A stretch of 63,889 bases of DNA, filler included, from Cercozoa sp. M6MM (Eukaryota > Protista > Endomyxa: Ascetosporea), in the NCBI GenBank assembly GCA_040357565.1. It is 9 parts of 9 records of this genome, joined end to end, with 100 filler letters (N's around TTAATTAATTAA, not from the genome) between each part and the next. Parts side by side here need not be neighbours in the genome. Positions count along the whole stretch, not along the records: positions 34,342 to 39,752 come from JBDODJ010000914.1; positions 39,853 to 50,908 come from JBDODJ010000418.1; positions 51,009 to 55,513 come from JBDODJ010001120.1; positions 55,614 to 62,664 come from JBDODJ010000667.1; 5 more parts are not named here. One strand, written 5' to 3'. Both the position numbers and the translations under genes were made by a program. The notes beneath the pieces were generated by a model. That model did not search any database and was not told where the DNA came from. It saw only the letters and a list, made by a program, of their open reading frames with translations. Below are positions 39,718 to 55,619 of this stretch, piece after piece (the stretch's first letter is position 1; each line of letters starts with the position of its first letter).

Positions 39718-41621
39718 GTGTCTTACCCCTTGCCCCCCCCCCCCCCCCCCCCNNNNNNNNNNNNNNNNNNNNNNNNNNNNNNNNNNNNNNNNNNNNTTAA
39801 TTAATTAANNNNNNNNNNNNNNNNNNNNNNNNNNNNNNNNNNNNNNNNNNNNACTTGCAGTTAACCCGAGGTCTCAGCCTTGCGAGTTGAGTGAGCCAAG
39901 AGAGCAAACCATCGGTGCAGGTGACGTTCGTGTCCTGCGCGAGAACGGCGCTCGCCAAAACCGAAGCAAGCAGCAACATCACAGGTCGGGAGCTGATTGC
40001 GTAAATAACTCAAGTGTCGCGTGTGACTGTGCGACTGGACTGCAGACAAGAGACGCAGCAAAACACAAAAGATTACGAGCGAGCGGACAGCCCGCTGCCT
40101 TGGACATCCTCGTTTGCAAACTGCGAGCGTCCGCGCGGAAAGTACGATCAAGCACGCATGTTCGGGTTGACTGGCACCGTTGGTGTTGCCAGTGCCGGTG
40201 ACCTGCAGTTCATTGGTCACGCCAATTGTCCGGAAGTAAATGAGTTCTTCAGTCGTTTAAACTACCGTGTTGGTTAATTTTGATAAAGCTATGATCTTCG
40301 CTCGCGTGTCCTTAAGGTCCTCCTCCACGTTTGATGTGTTTCCGACGTCATCTCTGTCGTCGACCGTCGATCCACGGCATGTGGACAGCTTGCCGGTGAG
40401 ACTGAGGTTCGTGCTGTTGACGCCGAAGGTGCTGTTCAACGTTGTAGAAATGTTCAAGGTCTTCGAGTTCCTCCCACATCTGCTTCCTGACTGCTTTACT
40501 GTCACTGAGCTGAACCAGACAGGAATAGTAACAGCAGTGAACGTCGACGGTATGACGGATTCAATACCATCGTGAGCCCATCGTGCGCGACACAAGAACC
40601 GTCGTCCCGTAAGCTCTTATCGAGCAATCCGTGCGTACCAAAGAGTCTCTGCACATTTTCCTCGCTCAACTGCAACGTCGGTTGAGCGTATGGAGGTGCA
40701 GCCAGGCTGTACTGATGTGCCGGTCCGAGACAGCGAGCAGCAGCTAAGACAAATAACGGAATACTCTACAGGCGCTACGTACTGTTAAAATTTACAACTT
40801 ATGAAACATTTGTACATCCATTGACCCCAAGTGAAGAAACTCCCGTCACTGGCACCGGGATTGGCGTCGCATTGTGGGGGAGTGGAAACAAACAGCTGGA
40901 AAACTGCGAACCCATTACTTCCAAGGCGACAAAGGCGACAATCACGCAGCCGAACAAGTAGTTCATTCTACTCTGTGTGAGAAAACTACCGACGTCAATT
41001 CAGACCGGCACTTCCGAACAAAAGCTGCGCCAAGATGCGTGGCGCAAAATATTGATTGCCGGGGCAGAATTAGCTTCTACGGATGTTCAATCACGCGCTC
41101 TTATTGCGCTCAGAGGCGTTGCACCCGATACATAAATACAAAGCTAGCAATGTACTGTAAAAGTCTAAAAGAAATGTCTGCAGTGTACACGTCTGAGCCG
41201 ATCTTCTTCTCGATCTCGAGAGCCAGTACGGTACTGTATTGTACTGTACTGGACTGTACAGAGTTGTTAAAGCCTGAGCGCCATTCCAGCCGCCCTTTCA
41301 GCTTTGATAGAGCCTGAAGAGGCGTGACGAGACGCCATCTGGTGGAAGACCCAAGTTCTCTCGGTACGTTCACAAAAAAAAAGTGGTTTGCAGCGCTGGT
41401 CGGCGCCGAACACTCTCATAGCGTTTTGGGGACCAAACCGAGTGTGAATCAGACTAACCACTCATTTTGTGCGTCGCTAGCGCTGTTTCGCTGTTTCGAG
41501 AGTTTGTTTTTCCAATATGTTTTTGCGCAGAAACACCGGGCGACATTAACCTCACGCCCAAGCGTGTGATTTCAGTGTCTGAGACACTGCGACAACTCTG
41601 TTAGCGGCAGCTGCTATTACG

Positions 41622-44600
41622 ATGCGAAACTTCACCTACAGCTTGTTCTGGAAAGTGCGCGCACTCGTGAATGCGAGCGTCGAGAACAGCTCGCTGAAGG
41701 AGCTCGAGACTGTATCAAAACAGCTGAACGAAGTAGCACCTTTTCTTGTTTTCTTCACTCTACTACTGTCCGTTCATGCTGTGACAACCTGTAGCTTGTG
41801 GAAAAGTACGGCGACGAGGGCCGATGTTTCTTGCTCCGAGCGCTGTTCGAAGACTTGTCGCTACATGCACCCTCCAAGAGCGATCATGCGAGGTGCTTTT
41901 CTTCTATCTCAAACTTTGATTCAGTGAGTGTTTATCATGTGTACTTCTAAACATAGGTGGCACCTCATCGGTGAGCAGCTCAACACGCTGCTGGCCTCGC
42001 AGGCGCCCAATGCAGCCGCCGTGTCATCTATGCTGTGCGAGGTGCTGGTGATGCAGCTCGGTCTGTGTCACGGCGACTTTCTCACCAAGCTTAACCAAGC
42101 GTTTGCCGTTCCACGGCGGCAGCAGCTTCTGCTCGCGGATGCGCTGCTGGTGTCGCGTGACTCGACGGCCGAGGAGGAAGCACTGCGCTGGCTGCAGCTC
42201 ATGGCCGCTCGGCACGCCACGGTGCCTTCAGATGACTTGAGTCGGTACCCGCGCACTTGCTGTGCTGTTTGTGTTTGTGTTTGTGTTTGTGTGAATGTGT
42301 TTGTGCGACATACACATGCACCTTTTGTCCTGACAGGAACGCGTGTCCCTCCTGGATGGTGCATTCGCTACGTGCGGCAGTGCAGCGAGCCTCACCTGTG
42401 CGACTCGACGACAACTCCAAGCAGGCTATCTCGCGCATGCTCGACGATGCCGCGCACCTGCCGACCAATAGCGAAAAGATCGAGTCCCTCCCGCTGGAGC
42501 CAGGTACCTGCTGTTCCTCTGTTTATGAACACCCATGCACATGTTTGTGCAGTGTCATCAACCACTGGCCCGAATGCTGTGCTCCGTGACCTGCGTTCGT
42601 TGCCGTCGGCGCCGCTGCCGCCGGGTGCGCCAGCGCGAGCGCCGACGCAGCTCGCTCCGGGTCCTGTGTCCTCTCAGAACGACACCTCGCCGACGCCGTC
42701 GATGGTGTCATCCAACCTCGCTTCACTTCCGCTGGATCTCGCCGTGCGACGCGCTCAACGGCCTGCTGACGTTCTTCTGGTACAAGACACTCCTTGACTT
42801 GAGCGAAAGGTCTCTGTGGAGTGTATGTCGCTTGCTGACAGGACGTGGGTTACGGCGCGCTGGCATCGGCGGACCGGTTCTCGTCGTTGCTGCAGCACTT
42901 TGAAGGCACTCTCGATGCACGTTCAGTGGCGCACATGATTGCCATGATGGTGCGCTACCCGTGCTCTCCGGAACTGCAACAATCTGCGCCAGAGACTGCC
43001 GCGCTGCTGCAGCAACTCGCGGCCGACGGTTCGTGCGAAGGCACCGATCTCGCCTTTGAGAATCTGCTTCAGAGTACGCTTGTTCCAACGAATGCGTGTG
43101 TGTGTGCATGCGTGCGTGTGCGTGTGCGTGTGTGTGTGTGCGTGTGTGTGGAAAACCTTTGCACGTATTTTTGCATGTAACTGCAGGCATCGATGTGGCC
43201 GATGAAGAAGCTGCTGCCAGCGAAGGCGACAGCGAGAAAGACAAGGGACCGCACACGTGGAACACGAACCTGTTCGTGCAGACGGTGCGACAGCGACTGC
43301 CGCACCTGCACTGGGAGAGCGTGTGGCGATACCTGGACTGCGACGAGTTCTTTGTGACGAGCGACGCCTCGCTGGTCGTGCTGGTCAAGCTGCTGCGCTA
43401 CGCCGAGCCGCACGAGCCCGTGCTCAACACGCTGCTGTTCCGCGAGTGGCGCAACGTGCGAGGACACTTCTCACTTTTGCAGGCCGCCATCAAGTGGCCG
43501 CAGCTCTTCAAAGTACCTCACTTCTAGCTCTGCACCTGTGTCCTCCTGTCACACACCTCCTCTCCCTACATGACATCGAACGTAATACAGCACGCGGCGC
43601 GTCGTCAGTCGCCCGTGATCCTGGCCGAGAAGAACGAGCACCACTTTAGCAAGAGCGTTTGGTGCTGCGTCGACCTGGTGGAGACGCTACTGCGACTGAG
43701 CAACACGGCACTGCTGCCAAACGTGCGTGCGCTGCTGCAGGTGCCGATGGAGCAGTGTCCGGAACTCCTGCTGTGCTCGGTGATCGAGGCGTCGACGTCG
43801 CTGGTGGGCGGCGGCAGCAGCGCCACGAACCAGCCGTCGTCAACGGTCATGTCGCTGGCCGCACCGTCGCTGGCGGCCTCGATGTCGGCGCCGGTCGCCT
43901 CGTCGCCGCGAGCGCCGGCACTTGACTCGCCGGACCGCTGCCTGGCGCGCTGCCAGCTGCGCGACGAGCTCCTGGCGCAGCTGATGCCGCGCTTCCTGCA
44001 ACCCAAGGTGCGCGCCCCGAGCGACTCCGACGGCGCCGAGCAGCAGCTCGTGCGGCGCTACAACGTGCACGCCAACTGCCGTGTCGTGCTCGAGCGCGTC
44101 TGGGTGCTCGAGCACTCGCTCGTGCACGAGTGGTTCCTGCGCTTCTATCTGGCCGACCGGTGCATGCTGCCGGTGCTGCTCGAGCTGATGCACACCTACA
44201 GCGGCGCCGTCGAACTTTTCACGACGCGCCGTCCCTGGTACTTTGCCATCGACGTGGCCACGTTGGCGTCGCGGCAGAAACTCGTGCGACTCGAGGATTG
44301 GGTCACGCAGCGCGCCATTGCCGACGGCACGCCTTTTGTCGCCTCGCTGCTCAAGTTCCTGGCGGACAACGCACTGCGATACCAAGGTACTTGGCTCTTG
44401 CCCCTGTCTTTACCTCATTGGATACCTCCGAGAGTGCCTGTGATTTTCTATGTGTGCTATGAACAGAGATGCTGGCACGCGAGCATGAACTGGGCACGAC
44501 GACGGCGCAGGTGCTGCAGGGCATCGTGGCCAATGCGAAGCGCAACGCACGCAGCCGACGCAGCGGCCGCAGCTCAGGCGGCAAGGACGGCGAAGGCAGC

Positions 44601-47600
44601 ATGTCGGCGCAGTACTGCAACCTGCTGTCACTCGAGTCGGTGGCCGAGTTGTTGCGCGGCCTGCAGGCGGCAGGCGAGGCCGTGACGATGTCACTGCGCA
44701 ACGACGTGCAGCGCCTGCTGCACGCCTATTCGCAGGCCAACGAGTCGCTCGAGCGCCTGGTGCTACCACCGCGCGCCACGGACGACCTGGTGCAGTCGCT
44801 GTTCCACGAGCTCTTTAGCGGCATCTTGTCCCCCGAGAACCTGGTGCGCAAGGTGAGCGACCTGCGCGTGCAGCAGCGTGGTGATGACGACGACGACAGC
44901 GACGTGTTCGCGCGCTTCACGCATGCGCTCATCGACGAGTGGCGCTTCATGCACAAGTACCCGGTGCGCGAGCTCGAGCTAGCGGCCACTGTCGTGGGCC
45001 AGCTCATCAACCTCGGCTCGCTGGGACCGCACTCGCTCAAGTTCTGGCTGCTCGAGTTCTACACGCAGCTGAGCCACGTGCCGGCCGGCGACGGGGGCGA
45101 CGAGCACGCCGAGGCCGCCGCCGAGACGGGCAAGCCGATGAGCGAGGCGCGCAAGCACGCCAAGCGGTGCCGCTTCGCTCGCGTCGCACTGCTGCAGCTG
45201 CAGAAGGGTTTCTTCGAGGGCATGGGCAACTTTCTGGGCAAGCTCGCGCTGTGCGACGGCGTGCTGTGCGACGAGGCACTCGTGCAGCACCTGATGCCCT
45301 TCTGGCAGATGGCCGGCTTGGATACCACAGCTGAGCAGCGCCTGGCCACACTGCCTGCGCGCATCGAGGCCGCTAAGGACGAGCAGGCCGCCGCTGCAGC
45401 CGTGTCGCCCGAGGTACCCACTATTCTTTGTCCTCCTATCCCCCGATCCCCCATTCCCTGTCACCCTATCCTTCATACCCTTCCCGCACCGGCCATGTCT
45501 CTCCCGTATCCATGTGTTGACAGCAGCAGGCGGCGCAGGTGTCAGCACAGACACCGGCACAGCCGGCTGCCGCGAGCAAGCCGCAGGTCGACAAGAGCAT
45601 CACGGACAAGTGCACCTTCATTCTCAACTTCGTCACCAAGGACAGGGCCAAGGAGGAGGCCGAGAAGCTACTCAAGTGCGTGCCTCGCGAGGCCTGGTGG
45701 CACCTCGCCGAGCTCGTCGTGTCGCGGGTCACGCGCAGCACCGACAAGCACGAGGTCTACTACACGCTGCTCAAGTACATGGTCGAGTCGGAGGCGCGTG
45801 CCGCTGCGAGCGACGCCGAGCGACGAGGTATGTCCTTTCTGTGCTCCTACCTGTGCTCCTACCTGTGGTCAACACACACACACTCACACACACGCGTCTA
45901 TCAGGTGAGACACCGGCGCACAAGGCGCGACTGAAGGCGCGCGTGGAGCAGCACGAGCTGTGGCGATTGGTGCTCAAGTGTGCCTACGGCGAGGCCAAGT
46001 CGCTGCTGCGCTCGGTGTCCTTGGAGGCGGCCGGTACGCAGGCCATGGCCGATGTGGGCGACGCCGTGCTGCGCAAACGTCTGCAGGCCGTGGGCGCCTG
46101 GCTGGGCCGTCTCACGCTCGGCCGCTCGCAGCCGCTGCTGCTGCGCGAGGTCGACATGGAGCGCCTCATCGTCGACGCCTTCATGGACGGCCTCTTCGCC
46201 AAGCAGAAGGGCGTGACGCACGGCGGTGAGCAGACGCGGCAGCACGGGCTGCGGCAGGGCGCCGTCGTCATGTTTGTGTGCGCGGTGCTGCAGCACGCCA
46301 ACAGCCGCGTGTTCGCGCCGCCCAACCCGTGGACGACCAAGCAGCTCGGACTGCTCGCCGAGCTCCTGCTGCACGGCCACCGCACCGAGAGTTTCGTCGA
46401 GTACGAGATCGAGAGTCTGTTCAAGAAGGTCTTTGGTCGGCACGTCAAGGAAGTGCCGCCCAGCACGACGCTGCGCGCGCTGCAGGCCAAGCACGAAGAG
46501 CCGCGCGGCCGCTCGATGCCCGACTACCAGGTAAAGATGTGTGTCTGTCTGTGTTGACCACTTTGTCATTGTCTGCCTCTTGAGACAGGCGCAGGCGCAG
46601 CACGCACCGCAGATTCGGCACGGCTTCATGCGACAGCAGCAGCAGATGCAGGCTCCGCGCGCGCCTGTTCCTCCGCAGGTCGGCAGTGCACCGCAGGCAC
46701 AGCAGCCGCCCAACATTCGTCAGGTAGTGTAGCCTTTCTGTGTGGTTAAGCCTGGTGTACCGTGTGCCCTGTGTGTGCTTTCAGTTTGTACACGTGAATC
46801 CGAACATTCCGCTGCTGCGTGAGCACGAGCAGCTGCGCGCGCTGGTGCCGGTGTGCATCGACCGCTCGATCGCCGACATCATCCAGCCGGTGGTGGACCG
46901 CTCGTGCCACATCGCGTGCCTGGCGACGCGCGACCTGGTGACCAAGGACCTCGTGTTTGACAAGGACGCCGAGAAGGTGCGGCACGCCGGCGTGCAGACC
47001 GTCAAGACGCTGAGTACGTCGCTTGCCATGGTGACATGCATGGAGCCACTCAAGCTCGCCATCAGCAAGCACCTCGGCAGCATGTTCCGCGAGGCGTCGA
47101 ACAACGAGGCCGCCATCAAGGAGGCCATCGACATCATCACTGCCGACAACGTCGAGATCGGCTGTGCCTACATTGAGAAGCACGCGAGCGACCGCGCCAC
47201 CAAGGAGATCGAGCGCATCCTCGGCTCGCAGCTTTACCAGCGCCGCCAGTTCGTCTCGCAGCACGGTGGCACGCTGCAGCACGCCTACGCCTCACGGGTA
47301 CCTTGTCTTTTACCCCCCCCCCCGTTTCCTTGCTCATCGCCCTTGTCCTCTCGCGTTGTCCCTCACCTCTCTCCCGTACGGCAGGTTCCGTTTATCCCAA
47401 GTGACCCGCCGCACATCCAGAACCACGTGCAGGTGGTGCGACAGCTGCCGCCGAGTCTGTGTGCTGACATGCATCGCGGCATCACGGATGAGCAGTTCGG
47501 CATCTACGCCGAGTTCCAGGTGCTGCGGCAGAATCGCCGCGAGTACCTCATGCGCGTCTTTGCGCGCAACCAGGTAGCACACACACTGCCGTCGTGTTGT

Positions 47601-49320
47601 GTTGTTGTGTTGTTGTGATGGTGGTGACATATTGGAACTCGTCTGAGTGAGTGCAGCCACAGGCCAACGCGGCGCCAGTGTCGTCGCCCGAGGCAGCTGC
47701 GATGCAGCAACAGCAGGCACAGGCGCAACCGCAGGGCATGCCGAAGGGCCACCCTGTCAACGCATTCCTGCACGCCCTCAATGGACGGTACCTGTGTCCC
47801 CTGACTGTGTCCGTATGTGATGTGTGCATGTGTGCACGTGTGTGTGTGTGTGTGTGTGTGCAGCTGGAACCAGCTGATGAAGGTGATCCCGGCCGAGCAG
47901 CACAAGGAGCACGTCAACATGCTGTCGCAGGCGCGTCAGCTCTTTGTGGACACGCTGAACAACGTGCGACAGACGATGCAGCAGGCGCAGGCGCAAGCCA
48001 AGCAGCAGCTGCAGCAGCAGAAGCAGCCGGTCGGTGCTGCCGGTGCACCCGGCGAGGTCGTGCTGCCGCGCGCCGTGTCGATGCTGCCGCCCAAGTCTCC
48101 GATCCTGCAGCGCCTGCAGCACCTTAAGCAGTCGGTTGCCGCCATCGTCGGCAAGGACGCGCTTATCGTGCTGCTGCTGCTGGCCAACGACGTGCTGCGC
48201 CAGTTGTTCACGGCGGCCACCAGCATGCTGGCACTCGACGTATGTCTCAAGGCGCTGCGCTTCATGTGCGCGGCGCAACAGGGCCGCTACGAGTCGCAGG
48301 TCATGACCGAGATCACCGAGCTGCTGCAGCGTGCGCCGATCGACATGCTGCTCAACGCTGACATCACGAGCGGCTTCCTGCGCGAGGGTCTCGTCGTGCT
48401 ACACGCCATGGACACGCACCTCGCCGGTCTGGCTGCGAGGTACCCTCCCCACCCGTTCCTCCTCTCCCTCTCAGTCGCTTCCTGCTCGTCATGATCTGTA
48501 TATTTGTCACAGAGACCTGCGAGCGGCGCGCATGTGCGCCACGGTGGTGCGCATCATTGTGCTGAAGGAGCACTTCGTGCCGGCGCACGCGCTGGGCCAG
48601 GTGATCAACGCCATTGCCGAGTTGATGAATAACACGGCGTGGCGTGAGCGACTGCTGCGACACTCGGACGAGGCCTACGGCCGCAGTCTGCTGGAAGAGT
48701 TCGACGCCGTGGCGCGGCTGCAGCCGCAGGTGGCCGCCTCGCGCGCTGCTGCCCAGCAGGGCCGTCCGATGCACCCGCACAAGCAAGTGCTGATACCGGC
48801 GCAACAGGTGACGCAGGGCGTCGTGTCGCCGCAGCCGTCGCCGGTGGCGCACGGTGCCGCCATGCCGCAGCAGTCGCAGCCGCAGCATGCGTCACCGCCG
48901 AGTGGCGCCACGCCGCACCAGTCGCAGCTGCAGCTGCCGGCCAGCTACATGAACGTGGACAACACGATGCTGCACACATGTCGCAGTGTGCTCGACCTCT
49001 GGCGTCGCTGCCTGCAGAAGCACGGCTACGTGCCCGACCTCGCCTACCAGGGTATCTTCCTCTTGTGTCACTGTGTCACTGTGCCTGGTGGCCCTGTACC
49101 TGTGCACTATATATGTATATATATATGTGTGTGTGTGTGTGTGTTTTGGCAGAGCTGCTAGACGAGAACGCCGTGACGTCGACGCTGCTGCTGACGGATC
49201 AGTGCGTGCGCTTCATCGTTGGTCTGCTCAGCGTCGCGTTCGACGCGTGCCGCCGCCTGAGCGGACAGGTAGTTGACCCCCTTCCTTCCTTCCTCAGAGT
49301 TAATGTGTGCGTGTGTGTGT

Positions 49321-49367
<47 letters not shown>

Positions 49368-50853
49368 CCATGTAGCTGCCCAAGGAGTCGAACCAGAAGG
49401 ACGTGATAGACTCGATGCTGCCGGCCTGCGAGGTGGCGTCGCTGCTGTGCATGTTTGTGAAGCGACTGCATCCGCACAACAAGAGTACCAACATGCGCTT
49501 CGGCATCTTCCGTATCATCATGTCGGCCCTCGTGTCGACGGTGCTGAAGGACGCGCGTGTTTTTGTCGGTATCACTGTCTTGAGTGTCTGTGTGTGTGTC
49601 TGTGTGTCTGTGTCTGTGTATACATGTGCAATCCCACGTAGGCGCGTTCGACCAGCGCGCGTATCTGCGCGTGTTCAGCGACGTGTTCCAGGGCCTGAAT
49701 TCGCCCGACCCTCGCACCGACACGATGCATGTCAACATGCTCAAGTACGAGGGACATGCGCTGCACCTGTTGCGTCCGGAGATTGTGCCCGAGTTCGCCT
49801 TCGCGTGGCTCACGCTCGTCTCGCACCGCATGTTCATGCCGCGTCTGCTGCTGGCGCGCTCGCAGCACATGCACGTGGCCGAACTGCAGCAGCCGCAGGC
49901 ACAGCAGCCCTCGCAGGTGCAGCAGGCTCAGGTACAGAGGGTGATCTACCCCCCCCCCCCCCAGTGTCAAAATGTACTGATACATACACACACTACGCAT
50001 ACGTAGTTGCAGGCCGAGCGGGAGAACAACTCGTGCCGCCAGTTGTTTTCGGTGCTGCTGTGTGATCTGTTCAAGTTCCTGGACCCGTTCCTGCGCCTGT
50101 CGACTCCCATCACTGTGCCTGTGCCGGTATGTGTCACCTTCCTACCTTATATGTCTGTGTCGGGGGCCTTGTGAATACCGGTACCACAGGGCATGGACGA
50201 GAAGGACATCCGCGCGCCGATGACGGGACCGACGGCCAACCCAGCTGTGCGCGCGCTGTACCGCGGCATGCTGTCGCTGCTGCTGGTGCTGCTGCACGAC
50301 TTCCCGGAGCTGCTGTCCGAGTATCACTCGGTGCTGTGCGACGCGCTTCCGCCTACGTGCGTGCAGGTGCGCAACGTGATCCTGTCGGCCTTCCCGAAGC
50401 ACATGAACCTGCCGGACCCGTTTGAACCGCAGCTTAAGGTCGACCTGCTGCCTCAGGTGCCTTATATCCTCCTGTGTCGCATCCTCCCTCGCTATGCATG
50501 TGCCTCCGATACAGGTCAAGGAGGAGCCGCGCTTGTGTTCCGAGGCGTTCCGCGTGCTGCAGACGCACCCGAGTCAGCTGCGTGCTGACATCGACACCTT
50601 CCTGCGCGACCCGTCCTTCTTCCCGATTGACTCGTTCGCAACGCAGCTGCGACGCGCCCTGGTGGCCGTGCCGCCGTCCACGCCGACCTCGCCAGCCGGT
50701 ACCGTATTGCCGGCGTCGGCGGCAGGTTACAACGTGCGTCTCATCAACGCTGCTGTGCTTTACCTCGGAGTCAACACGATCGGGAGCGCCAATCCGCGCG
50801 TCAACTCGGCCGTGCGGCAGCTCTTCCTGCAGCTCGCCTTGCAGCTCGACGAG
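41622..50853 (+). CDS. CNOT1: CCR4-NOT complex subunit 1; 23 donors placed, 3' truncated
   Basis: [121 protein letters not shown] and [20 protein letters not shown]. Confidence 0.96.
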
Positions 50854-50860
50854 GTGTGTC

Positions 50861-50908
<48 letters not shown>

Positions 50909-51367
50909 NNNNNNNNNNNNNNNNNNNNNNNNNNNNNNNNNNNNNNNNNNNNTTAATTAATTAANNNNNNNNNNNNNNNNNNNNNNNNNNNNNNNNNNNN
51001 NNNNNNNNAAAAAAACCGATCGCCTGTGGAACTTCTAAAATACAAGAAAAATAAACGACCCAGGCCAAACCTGACCAAAACGCCCCCAGGCTTCGGTGTC
51101 GACGCTTTCACACTGCTGGTACATGAGATACTCTTTGACGGACTAGAGCGCTTTAATCGCAACCGCGGGATTTGCGCTTGCAACACGCCTTTTTTGTCGC
51201 AATTGCTTTTGCGCTATTTCTGTGTAACACTGCTGCAACATTGGGTTTCTTGGGTCTCATCCTCCGATCGGCCTAGAAAGAGCATCCGCTCGCATATTTT
51301 GCCGCATGACGTGGCATTGTCAGATTCCAGTTTTCAGTGGTGTTTTTGGTGTTGCAGGAAACTTAGC

Positions 51368-52668
51368 ATGCAGCTGCGTAACGCCTTCCGCTCCACGGCC
51401 TCGCGCGTGCAGGCGCGTGTGCTGTCTGCTCCCGTACCCTTTGTTTGTACCAGAATACCGGATATCCCCGAGCTTGTTTTTGGTGCGTAGATTGGTGAGG
51501 GCGGCGAAACCGAGCCGAACTTCCTTGAGTGCACGAACATCTTCTTTGACCGTTCTGCCAAGCTGACGGGCCACCCGGAGGGCGTGCTGAATAACATTAA
51601 GACGGTGAACACGGTGCTTCGTACGGCGTTCCCGTTCAAGAAGCGCAACGGCGAGGTCAAGACGATCACTGCCTACCGCGCGCAGCACTCGCATCACCGT
51701 CAGCCGGTGAAGGGCGGTATCCGCTTCTCGCCGATGGTGGACCAGCAGGAGACGGAAGCCCTTGCCTCGCTGATGACGTGGAAGTGTGCCGTTGTCGACG
51801 TGCCGTTCGGTGGCGCCAAGGGTGGTATCTGCATCGACCCGCGCGAGTACTCGGTCGAGGAGCTTGAGAAGATCGTGCGTCACTTCACGTAGCACATGTT
51901 TACTTTCTGTGTGTGTGTGTCTGTGTGTGTGTGTGGTTTATGTTGTGCTTTGCCTTTCTGTGCAGGGCTGAGCTCTGCCGCAGCAACTTCATCGGTCCCG
52001 GCATTGATGTGCCGGCCCCGGATGTGGCCACGGGCCCGCGCGAGATGGCGTGGATCCGCGACACGTACCAGCGCTTCAACCCGAACGATATCAACGCCAC
52101 GGCGTGTGTTACGGTACCCTGCTATTCGTGTGTATGCATTGTTTATACCTTACTCTTGTGTGTTGGTCAGGGCAAGCCGCTTGAGTCGGGTGGTATCCGC
52201 GGCCGTGTCGAGGCCACGGGTCTCGGCGTGTTCTACGGTCTGCGCGAGGCGCTGAATCACAAGGGTCTCATGGAGTCGGTCGGTCTCGAGACCGGTGTCG
52301 ACGGCAAGGCCGTGGCCGTGCAGGGCTTCGGTAACGTCGGCTACCACGCCGCCAAGTTCTTCAGCGAGGCCGGTGCCAAGGTCGTCTGTATCGTCGAGCG
52401 CGATGGCTACGTGTACAACGCGAACGGCCTCGACGTCGAGGCGCTCAAGAAGCACATGGAGGAGACGGGCTCGATCCGTGCCTTCATGGGCGCCACGTTC
52501 CACGAGGACGCCGCCGCCGGTCTTGAGGTACAGTCTGTTCAGCCTGTCTCTGTGCATGCTGATTAGGTGGTTGTATTGCAGGTCGAGTGTGACGTGCTGA
52601 TCCCGGCCGCCCTGGAGCAGCAGATCACCAAGTTCAACGCCGCCAACATCAAGGCCAAGATCATTGGT

Positions 52669-52700
<32 letters not shown>

Positions 52701-53118
52701 TGAGGAGATCCTGCTGTCCAAGGGCGCCATCGTCGTGCCGGACCTCTTCCTCAACGCCGGTGGTGTCGTTGTGTCGTACTTCGAGTGGCTCAAGAACCTC
52801 TCGCACGTGCGCTTTGGCCGTCTGTCGCGCCGCTTCGACGAGCGTCGTGGTCGCGCCATGCTGCGTGCGCTCAAGCACGGCCAGCAGGCCAAGTCTATCG
52901 AGGCCTTCGTCGACGCGCAGATGCAGCACGACATCATCCACGGCGCCACGGAGGAGGACTTCGCGCGCTCCGGTCTCGAGGACACCATGATCGTCGCTTT
53001 CGAGGAGATCATGACCACGGTCGGCGAGCTCGGCTGCAACATGCGTGATGCCGCCTACGCCAACGCCATCAACAAGGTCTGCAAGGTCGCTTCGCAGAGC
53101 GGCAGCCTTTTCTTCTAA
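51368..53118 (+). CDS. Glutamate dehydrogenase, antenna-bearing GLUD type with probable mitochondrial presequence; introns start at 51434, 51889, 52114 and 52528
   Basis: [47 protein letters not shown]|[18 protein letters not shown] and [24 protein letters not shown]. Confidence 0.96.
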
Positions 53119-53278
53119 CTCTGCTCCGTCGTCCGGGTCCAATTGCGAGTTCATTGATTTAACTTCTGTTGTTGAACTGAACTTGCCTGAGTTACTCCAG
53201 CTTCGGCTCTATCCTATCACGACTAGAAACCAGACAAGGGGACTTTTCGCTTCTCCCGTTCAAGACTGTGCACTTCGG

Positions 53279-55513
<2,235 letters not shown>

Positions 55514-55619
55514 NNNNNNNNNNNNNNNNNNNNNNNNNNNNNNNNNNNNNNNNNNNNTTAATTAATTAANNNNNNNNNNNNNNNNNNNNNNNNNNNNNNN
55601 NNNNNNNNNNNNNTAAAAG

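Noticed and set aside
39853-41400. Possible gene fragments upstream of CNOT1
   Set aside because: Several frames on both strands are equally plausible and none could be supported.
51330-51367. Acceptor-like TTGCAG just upstream of the GDH ATG as evidence of trans-splicing
   Set aside because: It is equally explained by a 5' UTR intron and is not consistent across other genes.
36815-53118. Alternative genetic code or stop-codon readthrough
   Set aside because: In-frame stops in conserved genes disappear once GT-AG introns are removed, and TAA, TAG and TGA all end genes here.
52150-53154. Long antisense ORFs opposite GDH, CNOT1 and the annexin fusion
   Set aside because: These are an expected by-product of GC-rich codon bias in the sense genes.
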